NCBI GenBank assembly: GCA_016748015.1
Contig: JAAOMT010000660.1
Coordinates: forward strand, 62,001-126,000
Origin: Geosiphon pyriformis uo1
Lineage: Eukaryota > Fungi > Glomeromycota
Reading direction: 5' to 3'
Length of the DNA stretch: 64,000 bases
The position numbers were made by a program, and so were the translations under genes. Position 1 is the stretch's first letter; the number at the start of each line of letters is the position of its first letter. Positions 25,099 through 36,441 of the stretch are shown here, piece after piece. The notes under the pieces are model-generated. The model was not told the origin of the DNA and ran no database searches. It saw only the letters and a list, made by a program, of their open reading frames with translations.

Positions 25099-26247
25099 TT
25101 ATTTTCTCCTTTTAATATTAAGCTTTGTCAAAATCTAATTCCTTTAATTTCCCGTCTTGAATTATTTCTTGAACTTTTTTTTCAAGTATTACTTATGTTA
25201 TTTTAGTTTGTAGTTCTTCAAATTGGGCATTGGTCATTTTTCCCAATTGATTACTTATAACTGTATCCATTACTGTGTTGAGTAAAATTTTTGGTCAGTC
25301 TTGAAATCCCATATATAGGCAGTAAATGGCTTGAGCTTATGTGGTTAAATTGTTCTTTCCCACAAATTGTTCCAGTTGTCTCAGTATTGTTGTGTTGAAT
25401 AACTGTTTTGTTTTGTCAGTGTATAAATTCTGGATATTTATGTGTTGTCCCAAGTGGAAATGACAATAGTTTTTTGGAAATTGTTGCATCTATCAAGTCC
25501 AAGTTTCTTTGGTAAGTTCTTGGTGTAATTTGACTATTTGTTGTTTTTTTATGGCCAATTTTATCTTGGTCATGATCTTGTTAACAATATTTTCAAGTTT
25601 TTTCTGTGCTTTGTTTTGTGGTATCTTTGCCATATTTTTGTAACGAATGGTTTGTTGATTGATTGTAATTTCCATCTTCTGGTGTTGGATTAATTGAAAA
25701 ATTTGTTGGGCTAGTGAATGAATATTGTTTGTAATTTCCATTTTTCTGATCTCTTCTGTTGCATTGACCATGTTCTTATATATTTTTTTGTCAATCAATT
25801 GGATGTGTTGTTGTCAATGATAATAATTGGTTCCAGATCTCGTGAAATCTCATCTAATTGGACTAGTATTCTCTTCTATTTTTCCGATAAAGTATATTTT
25901 GGTGAGTGATAAAATATTTTAATTGTTGTTTGATACTTTTTTGTTCCGTTTGAGATAAATTCTCTTTGAACTGTTGAGTGTTTATATAATGATACAATTG
26001 TTAATATTTTTGTATGTTCATCTTTTGTTATATTTTTTGTTGGTATTGTTCTGGTTTTGTTATATTTTTGGGTTGAAATGTTCTTAGATTTGTCTCATTC
26101 GCGACAAACCGTTAGCATTTCCATTGTCTTTTCTTTTTTTATAATGTATAGTATAATTATATGGTGCCAGTGCCATTTTTCATCTTGACTGTCTTTCATC
26201 TCCAAATTCTTGTTTTTGAAGTAATGTTAATCCTTTGTGATCTGTGT

Positions 26248-27138
26248 TGTTACTCATAGAAATATAGGAAATATATTAGCATAATTATTAGCCAATCAGA
26301 AGTAAGTGTAGTAAATGTGGAATTCCAGAATTCCTTTCAGGAATTACAGGATTCCAGGAATTTCAGAATTTCCAATGAGGAATTGCAGGATTCCAGAATT
26401 CCAAGATTCCTCTCAAAGGAATTGCAGGATTCCAGGAATTCCAGGATTCCTGTCGTGAAGAATCAAGGAATTAAGGAATCTCAATTATGTATATATAGCA
26501 GTAGTATTAGAAACAGAAAAGACAGAATTGATACCACAGAATCCTTAGCCAAGAAACCAATCATCAAATAAATAATTATTCCATATCCCAATCTACTATT
26601 TACTATCAACACTTCATGTTGATATTAATTGCTACTTAACCACACTGAAACAATAGCTCTTGATCATGGCTATTGACGAGATACTAATGGACCAAATTGC
26701 CTTGGCTTATTTTTTTTATTTTTTTTTATTTTATTTTTTTTATTTTATTTCCTTTCTTTCTTTGATTTTGTTGTTGTATACTAATTGATTAAATGAGTAA
26801 GCGCTGAGTTATTGACGTCAAGAATAGCCTGGTAAAAGACCCAGAAATAAGGGTAGGATTTTATATATATTATTAGATAGCTTACCAGAAAGGCATGACT
26901 GCCAGACTAAATCCGGCCACCACGCTGAGAAAGAAATTGGAAAAACCACTTGAAAATCCAACCACTATCAACCTTATTGAATCTCTGTCCATTATACAAA
27001 GAACTCCACCATAAAACCTTCAGATCAACCAAAACCTTCAAATATCATATCTTCTGCACATCATCCACGAAAGTAGTTTTGAGCATCAAGTTATGGGTTT
27101 GTTATTCAATTCCACAACAGAAATAATCATCTGTAACA
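26248..27138 (+). repeat. E2 5' LTR
   Basis: Direct repeat of 35568-36441, with a GGAATTCC-type repeat array and a TATATATA box at ~26490. Confidence 0.95.
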
Positions 27139-27140
27139 TT

Positions 27141-27157
27141 TGGTGCTCCCTGTGAGG
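27141..27157 (+). promoter_or_regulatory. Primer binding site, complementary to a tRNA 3' end ...CCUCACAGGGAGCACCA
   Basis: TGG starts 2 nt after the LTR end; nearly the same sequence occurs in E1. The tRNA cannot be identified here (resembles Ile-UAU or elongator-Met 3' ends). Confidence 0.8.
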
Positions 27158-27200
27158 TATAATCCTACAGAGAACCAGCACTGACAACACCAAACTAAAA

Positions 27201-30200
27201 GTGGCAGAATCAGAAATTATAGGAGCAAACCATTTAGGATTCACAAAATCCTTATTTCAACACTATTGTCAATACTTGGGATTAAACCACAATCATATAT
27301 TCACCAAATCAGCCTTCAATTTCTATGTCAACGAAAAGATTTCCTCTTTATTAGGAACACCAGTGAATACTGAATTAGCAAAAGAAACTTTCTATAAGGA
27401 ATTAATTCAAAACACCAACCTACCAACAAACCATAATTTTGCATCTATCATTACTGAGATCAACAAAGAAATTGAACACCACACTCAACAAAAATATCCA
27501 ATTACATATGCTAATAAAGACAAGGGAAAATTACAAACACCAGCAGTAACATCCAGAAAAATACAGCCACCTGCTTGGAAGAAAAACAGAGTTGAATTCC
27601 CAAGCAACCCATCCTACCACTATACACCTGGAAGTGCCATCAACATATCATCAACAGACGCATTCTCATCAACTGCGACATTAGCATTTGGATGATTCCC
27701 ATTCCAAAGTAGACAAAGGAAAACAGAATTGTTAGGACCATATGGTGAATACTTTAAGAGATTTAATTCACGATCATCAACCCCATCAAGACTTCAATCA
27801 CCACCGCCTCCACCAGATTTCGGAATCTCTGATCTGTGGGAAGCAGCAGAATCAGAAAAGGAGGAAGAAGAATCAGAAGATCAAGAATTTACTTACCAGC
27901 ACCCGATTACTGAAAACCCGGAAGTTAAAACCCTGAACCTTCAAACTCAGCAACAGTTAGAAAATCTGGAAATCGAAACTCTGAATATTCGAACACCGCC
28001 AAATCAAAGAAATCAAAAACCCGAATTAATTAATTAGCAAAACTTACCTCCAGTAATTGTCATCAATTAACCACCGATTAATCCCATAGCCGAATCCATA
28101 CAGCAGCCACTTTAGCTATCACCCCAACAGCCAGGACAACAACAACTGCTTCAACAGCCACCACAACTACCTAACTTAGATCCAATGGCCTACGCACCAA
28201 TCGCAAAACTTGACAACTTTACAGGCGAAGAAAATGACACTCAAATATGGTTGAATGATGTAGAAAAGGCCATTGCAGCCAACAGATGGAATAACGCTTG
28301 AACAATGCAAGCCATTCCTTACTTTCTCAAAGATACTACTGATTTATGGTACCAGAGCTTGATTAATAAACCACAAGATTTTAATGTCTTCAAAGCAGAA
28401 TTCCTAAAATACTTCAGCAACAATAACAGCATCAATTGCCTAGTTAATGCATTTACCACCATAAAACAAAGAGAAACTGAAGCAGTTACCACTTATCTGG
28501 GACGCTTCTATCAAAACCTACACCAAATTCAAGCAATTGATGCCAACTATTTCACAGCACTACAGATACTCAATCAGTTTATCCATGGCCTGTGCAGCAG
28601 CATCTTACAACATGTACGTCCGTTGCATCCAGGCACCCTTCAAGATGCAGTTACACACATCAGAGATTTTGAATCCACTGAGTCAGAGGCTAACCATGCC
28701 CAAGCTGTTAATCTAGTAATGAACAGATTATCTGAATTGGATTCCAAATTGGAGAAGTTTAGTGAATCAATTAATAAGAGATTGGAAGGATACTTAGCTA
28801 ATAATCACGCCATTTATCAGCCTCCACAATGACGCAATAATCAAGGAAATTCTAATTGTGGCCAAAATCAACCACATCCATCTTCATTGACCAATCAACA
28901 GTGGCAACAAAAAATGTGTATCTGCCACTATTGTGGTAAACAAGAACATATCCAAATTAACTGTTACCAGTGTCTAAATAACCAATGATCGGGAAATCAA
29001 TATCAAAACCCTGATTGCCGGTTCCAAACTCTGAATCATTATCCAAATCAGAGTCAAGACCAATATCGAAATAATTATCTGCCCATAACACAGCAACCAA
29101 TCTATCAACCACCAGTATATCAATCTCCGATTCATCAGCCGCAGCCACAAGTAATATATCAACCACAGCCACAAATCATCTATCAACCCCAACCAATTCA
29201 AACACCAATCCAGAACCCAGCTCAAATGACATCAGGCAACCCTTAATCCAGAGTCACTCAAAATTGGAGATCGGCAATAGTTGTTTACCAACTGATCCCC
29301 AGTTCACTAAACCCACCATCAGGATCATGCACCCAGAATTTGGATACCAGTTATATCCAAAACCCAAATTCCCAACATTATTTAAGTCTTCTGGTTACTC
29401 CAGAAGATACCACATCCAACAACACAGAATTCAATCAGCATGTACCTACTAACACAATTCCACCAGCAATCATCTCTAGTAACGAATCTCTAGCAGCCAT
29501 CTTTCCTTTCGAACTCGAAGAAAACACACCAATACCATTATTCAGTGGAGCCACCCTTGAAGAGAAACCCATAACAGCAATGTACATGGATGCCAGAGTT
29601 GATGGTCACCTCATCAAACTCATCCTAGATAGTGGATCAGCTGGCAGCATAATCACAAGACAGCTCATGGATCAATTAGGTTGCCGAGTTGATCAAGCTG
29701 CCAGCACTAGAATCATCATTGCCAATGGCACTACCAAAACACCTATCAGCGAAATAGATGATTTTCCTATAGAAATTAATGGCATTATAATACCCATCAA
29801 AGTCTTAGTAATGGATGCCACCCAATACCAAGCCCTAGTTGATAATGACTGGCTGTCCAAAACCAACGCCATGCTCGATTGGACAACCCAAGAGTTAATA
29901 CTCAGCCAGAATAGAAGACACACACGAGTACCAGCAATGTGTGGCCACTTCAAGACTACCAGCCCTACAGCACCACTAATCAACTTCGACGAAAAGAAAC
30001 CAAAGCCTACCTGGGAAGCCTATCAAGTGTTATGGGCTGACAAAGAGCACAACAAATTGCTGCCAATACTTTCCTGGGACAACAACAACAAGGGAAAAGG
30101 GAAACAAAAGGAAGAACTTACCTGGGAAACTAATGACCTGACATGGACCGACAACAACAAGAGCAAACCAACTTCAAGCTGAGAATGGGAAGAGGACAAA

Positions 30201-33200
30201 GAAAATAAAGAAGAAGGGAAAGAAGAAGAGCCCACCCAAATCATCACTGCCTATAATAATACCTATACTATTCCACAATGATCTATCTATTGTCGGCCTA
30301 AGCTTATATGCGTCGATTGTGGCAAGAAATTGTTGTCAATGGGTGCATGCTGTGGTGACAATGAGGAGTACCACACTACAACAAAATTCTACTGTCGTCC
30401 ATGCTTACTCAAACGCTTTGGATGACCAAAGAGACAAGAAAAATGGAATAACCAACCTTGTCTCACTTGTGGGGAGACCCTGCTAGATGAAAGAATGTAG
30501 AATGACATCCCAGGACGTGGAGAAATATGCGACGTATTGTGTCAATACACGATTCTAATAAGTGACTGGGTAAGGAAAAGAACCCCAATAGAAGCAGTCT
30601 GGAGAAGAGCCATGCAGTGACTGAACAGTTGTCCACATGATGACAATGAAATTTGGCAAATGGCCCTTGCCAAAATTGAAGGGGCGATGCCAAAAGAGAT
30701 AAAAACAATTAAAGACAACCCCTCAGAACCTTTAAAGCTTGACTGGGACGCAGAACCCATCATAAACCTCCTGGATCCGGAACAATTCCACAAACACTAC
30801 CAAGAATTAGCACCCACAAGGGAAGAACAAAAACAATGGTTAGAGCAGTTAAATGCTCAACTATATCAATACTGCCTAATTCCCTGTCACTTCCAGTATT
30901 GTGAAGAGTATGACCTTATTTACAATCCACCACCACGCATGATCTACACGATCCTAGAAGAGGAAGAATCAATCAGTAGCTGTGCATTAGAATCAGAATT
31001 GCCGATCAATCGAGATTCAAACTCTGACAATGACAATGATAACAATAGTTCAAGCTCCATTCAAAATGGCAATGACAAAGACAATGATTCCAACTCAGAT
31101 ACAAACTCCGATTTAAACTATGAACAATACATTGCACTACCAGATCTCTCCAAGGAACAAGAGTTGAAATGGTATAGTGACAATAGGGAAGGTATTATGC
31201 CAGAACATGCACATAATACTGATGCAAGATTTGATCTGAAATATCTAGGAAAAGATGCCATCAAATTGGAACCACATTTACGCATCTGCATTGATCTGAA
31301 AATAGCCCTAGAAATTCTGGCAACAACAATGGTTCAATTAGCATCTAAGAGTAGTTTAGCAAAAAGAGGGATTAATATAAGAGGAGGAATAATTGATGTG
31401 GAATATGTAGGAAATATCATCACTATGCTACAAAATGACTCAGAAAAAGCCTACATAATAAAGCTCAACGAAAAGATAACACAGGCAATATTTCTGCCTC
31501 TGGTTAGAGTAGCTCAGTTAGTATTAGTGGGAAAGAGAGAAGAATTAGGAATAACAGCAAGAGGAATACAGGGATTCAGATCAATGGGTAGAATAAATGT
31601 ACCAGTTAATATGGCAAAGGAAAAAATTGTTGGCCAAGAAGAAATTATCTCAACCGGTCAAGCTATTTCCATTCCACTATATAGCTGGTACATGTTAGCA
31701 ATAAAAAAGAAGGAAAAGAAGCAAGAACAGATTTTTGAAGCAGAAGCAACCCTTTGTGAATCAGGAAAGATTGGGTTGATCAATCTCCACATACCAGCCA
31801 AAAGCTATAGCAGCATAAAAATTCTTATCTACAACAACACTGGCAATGTTATCAATATACCAGAAGGAACCACCATCGGATATCTAACCACAGAAATAGA
31901 AGACCAACCACCAAACCTCATTCCAGACTTTCCACAACTTTGCGGATATGTTGACATTACATCACAAACAATCTATGGATGAGACAAATATTATTTGCTT
32001 CAACCAGAACAATTGAAACAAATGAACATGGAAAACTTAGATCCACTCCAATGTATGCAGCTCAAGATGTTACTTAACAATTTCAATAACATCTTTGCCA
32101 GCGAAAATAAGTTTGGCTGAACAGACATCATCCAGTATCAGATCAAGACTGGAGATGCAATGCCAATCAAACAAAGAGCATACAGAGTGCCACCAGCCAG
32201 CCACAAGATTATTCATCAAGAGATAAACAGAATGCTTAACAACAGGCTAATTCAACTATCAATGAGTCCATGGTCATCACCAGTGGTACTCATCCAAAAG
32301 AAAAATGGAAAAATCCAGTTTTGTGTAGACTACAGGAAACTCAATGGTGTAACTCGTGGAGACAGTTATCCAACTCCATGAATACAGAAATTATTTGATG
32401 CTTTCAGTGAGAACAAATGGTTCTCCACATTAGATTTGGACAGTAGTTACTGGCAAGTAGCCATGAATCCAGCTGACAAAGAGAAGATAGCATTTACTAC
32501 TAGAAAAGGGAATTTTGAATTTAAAGTGATGCCATTCGGCTTAACCAATGTCCCAGCAACTTTCCAATGGCTAATGGAAATTGTTTATACTGGCTTATTG
32601 TGGAAATCAGTAGTTGTATACTTGGACGACACCAATGTATTCTCAAAGACATTTGATGATCATCTTCATCATCTTCAACAAGTGTTCGAAAGACTAAAAA
32701 GAGCAGGACTAAAGTTAAATGCGACAAAGTGCTTTTTTGGCAAGACAGAACTCAAATTTTTGGGACACATAGTTAGCAAAGACAGCATCAAAACAAATTC
32801 AGAGAAAATAGAGATAGTAAAGAACTTTTCAGTGCCAACCAATATAACAGAACTGAAATTATTCTTGGAATTTGCCAGTTACTATCATTATTTTATCAAG
32901 AACTTTTCCAAGATAGCGCAGCCACTCAATCAACTGCAAAACAAAAATGCAAAATATGAATGGACAAAAAGTCAACAAGAAGCTTTTAATATTCTGAGAA
33001 AAAAGCTCATCCAAGCTCCAGTACTGATCTATTCAGATTACAGCAAACCATTTATCATCACCACCGATACATCTGGCCAAGTATTGGGAGCAGTATTATC
33101 TCAGAGAGGACCAGATGGCAGAGAACATCCAGTAGCATATGCCAGCAGAGATTTAACACCAGCCGAAAAGAACTATGGAACACCAGAACAAGAACACTTA

Positions 33201-33422
33201 GCAATATACTGGGCTATCATGAAATAGAAAGAATACTTGAGCCAGAAGTTTGAAGTATACACAGATCACAAAAGATTAACATCACTCCAAAAACAAGAAT
33301 TTGGAGATGGAAGACAGTCAAGATGGAAAATGGCACTTGCACTATATAATTATACTATACATTACAAAAAGGGAAAAGACAATGGAAATACTGACAGTTT
33401 ATTGCGAATAAGACAAATCTAA
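27201..33422 (+). pseudogene. E2 gag-PR-Cys-rich-dUTPase-RT-RNase H polyprotein, one reading frame interrupted by point stops
   Basis: ORF pieces at 27201, 27729, 28305, 29340, 30660, 32160, 32436 and 33237 share one frame. Capsid-like region from MAYAPIAKL (~28185), CHYC..H....C knuckle, LDSGS, dUTPase motifs, YLDD, TDTS/NYGTPEQE/YTDH. Confidence 0.92.
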
Positions 33423-33486
33423 GAACATTTCAACCCAAAAATATAACAAAACCAGAACAATACCAACGGAAAAATACAACAAAAAG

Positions 33487-35553
33487 ATGAACATACAAAA
33501 ATATCAACAATTACAACATTATTTAAATACTCAACAGTTCAAGGAGAATTTATCTCATACAGAATGAAAGAGTATCAAACAACAATCAAAATATTTTATT
33601 ACTCACCAAAATATATTTTATCGGAAAAATAGAAGAGATCCAGATCAACCAACTAGAGTAATTACAGAGCCAGAAAAAGAAACAATATTATTCAACATGT
33701 ATTCAAATCCAACAGCAGGACATTTTCACAAAAAAGCAACCATAGAAAGAACTAGAAAAAGATACTATTGGCCATCAATATACCCAGATATCATTCAATA
33801 TGTTCAAAATTGTGATGCTTGTCAGCGAAGAGGAGGAACAAGACCCAATGAACCATTAAGACCAATCAAAATGGGACAACCATTTGACCATATAGGAATT
33901 GATTTAGTCGGACCATTAACAATCACCAGCAGAAGAAACAGATACATAGCAGTAACTATGGACTATCTCACTAAATGGCCAGAGGCAAAAACAATTCAAA
34001 GAGTGGATGCAGAATCCGTTGCTGAATTCATTCATCAGGATTTGATTTGTCAACATGGATGTTCAAAAGAATTATTATCAGACCAAGGAACTCATTTTGT
34101 GAACAAAACATTAACAGAATTGAGCCAAAGATTCGGAATCAAAAGACCATTATCATCACCATACCATCCACAAACCAACAGATTAGTAGAAAGATTCAAC
34201 AAAATATTGTGTGAAGCAATAGCCAAGCTTAGCCAAGAAAACCAGAATGATTGGGATTTGTTCATACCATCAGTACTATTTGCTTATCAGACAACAAAAC
34301 AAGATACTATACAAGCAACACCATTTGAATTAGTATATAGGAGAATAGCAACATTACTAGTAGAGAGAAAAATTAATACATATCCAACTGAACCAATAAC
34401 AGAGGAAAATTTTCAAGAAACATTACTGAAAAGAATATATGACTTAATGGAAACATTGGAAAACAAACAAAGAAGAACAGCTAATAATATCCAAAAGTCA
34501 CAAGAAACACAGAAAGAAAGACATGATAGTCAACTATCAGACAAACCAGTTGAATTCAAGATTGGAGACAAAGTATTATTACATTATACCAAAACGGAAA
34601 AACAATGGAGTGAAAAATTTGACTCCAAATGGGACGGACTATTTCACATAGAAGAAATTTTAGAAAATGGAGCTTACAAATTAAGATTAGATAACAAAAT
34701 TTTAACCAAAGCAGTACATGGAGATCGACTGAAACCATATCACAACATTACACTACCATCTACCAGTAATATTCCACAATTAGAAGTACAGAGAATATTA
34801 GTCCAACCAGATGAAATTCTATGAGATCTGGAACCAATCATTATTATCAACAACAACACGTTAAATTGATCTATCAAAAGAATATATAAAGACATGGTAG
34901 ACATGACAGGAAATATCAGAAAAATGGAAATTACAGACAACATTTACTCACTAGCACAACAACTCTTTCAATTAATCCAACACCAGAAAATGGAGATTAC
35001 AATCAATCAACAAACCATTCAATATCAAGATACTAGAAAGACATTTCAACTCAGAACACAGAAAAAAACTGAAAGTACTGTGAACAAAATCATGGTGAAA
35101 GTAAAAGTAGCAATAAAAGAATCGAAAAAAGAGTCACTATATCAAGAGTTGACTAAAGAAACTTGGGATTGGTGGATACAACAATTTCCATGAAACTATT
35201 GTTATTTTTACTTGGGACAATATGTAAATATCCAGAATCTATATACAGATAAAACAAAGCGATTATTCAACAAAAGAATACTACAACAATTAGAACATTT
35301 TTTGGGAAAGAACAACTTATCCACACAAGCCCGAGCCATATACTGAATACACACAGTATTTCAAGATAAACCAGAAGTATTGCTCAATAGAGCAATGGAT
35401 AGGGTTATCAGTAATCAATTAGGAAAAATCACCAATGCTCAATTTGAAGAATTACAGACCCAAATAACACAAGTAATTCTCGAAAACAAAATCCAGGAAA
35501 TACTTCAAAAGGGGAAATTACATAAGTTAGATTTTGATGGAGCTCAATATTAA
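33487..35553 (+). pseudogene. E2 integrase ORF (separate frame, own ATG) with ~250-aa C-terminal extension
   Basis: MNIQKYQQL..., zinc-binding GHF...CDAC, D(IDLVG)-D(SDQG)-E(ERFN), GPY/F-like KWDGLFHI...VHGDRLKPY. The frame continues through CGA>TGA-type stops to ...LDFDGAQY* at the PPT. Confidence 0.9.
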
Positions 35554-35567
35554 AAAGAAGGAAATAA

Positions 35568-36441
35568 TGTTACTCATAGAAATATAAGAAATATATTAGC
35601 ATAATTATTAGCCAATTAAAAGTAAGTGTAGTAAATATGGAATTTCAGAATTCCTCTCAGGAATTTCAGGATTCTCAATGAGAAATTGCAGAATTCCAGA
35701 ATTCCAAGATTCCTCTCAAAGGAATTGCAGAATTCCAGGAATTCTAGGATTCCTGTCGTGAAGAATTGAGGAATTGAGAAATCTCAATTATGTATATATA
35801 GCAGTAGTATTAGAAACAGAAAAGACAGAATTGATACCACAGAATCCTTAGCCAAGAAACCAATCATCAAATAAATAATTATTCCATATCTCAATCCACT
35901 ATTCACTATCAACACTTCATGTTGATATTAATTGCTACTTAATCATACTGGAACAATAGTTCTTGATCACAGCTATTGACAAGATATTAATGGACCAAAT
36001 TGTCTTGGCTTATTTTCTTTATTTTTCTTTATTTTATTTTCTTTATTTTATTTTCTTTCTTTTTTTGATTTTGTTGTTGTATACTAATTGATTAAACGAG
36101 TAAGCACTGAGTTATTGACATCAAGGATAGCCTGGTAAAAGACCCAGAAATAAGGGTAGGATTTTATATATATTATCAGATAGCTTACCAGAAAGGCACG
36201 ACTGCCAGACTAAATCCGGCCACCATGCTGAGAAAGAAATTGGGAAAACCACTTAAAGATCCAACCACTATCAACCTTATTGAATCTCTGTCCATTATAC
36301 AAAGAACTCCACCATAAAACCTTCAGATCAACCAAAACCTTCAGATACCATACCTTCTGCACATCATCCACGAAAGTAGTTTTGAGCACCAAGTTATGGG
36401 TTTGTTATTCAATTCCACAACAGAAATAATCACCTGTAACA
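35568..36441 (+). repeat. E2 3' LTR
   Basis: Direct repeat of 26248-27138, preceded by a purine tract. Confidence 0.95.

Larger units (their letters stand above)
26248..36441 (+). mobile_element. Full-length Ty3/Gypsy element E2 (same family as E1), inserted antisense into the RNase H YTDH codons of E1
   Basis: LTRs 26248-27138 and 35568-36441 with TGTTAC...GTAACA ends. Perfect 4-bp TSD GTGT (26244-26247 and 36442-36445). PBS TGGTGCTCCCTGTGAGG at 27141, PPT at 35552-35567. Confidence 0.96.

Noticed and set aside
26317-26571. Repetitive ORF (ELQDSR)n in the LTR, and 50112-50387 on the other strand
   Set aside because: A by-product of the GGAATTCC array; it is not preserved as an ORF in the partner LTRs.
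34894-35553. env-like third ORF
   Set aside because: It is in frame with integrase and has no signal peptide or transmembrane segment.
27201-35553. Programmed stop-codon readthrough or an alternative genetic code explaining the many in-frame TGAs
   Set aside because: Stops differ between copies and correspond to CGA/TGG/CAA in the sister element; host genes use the standard code.
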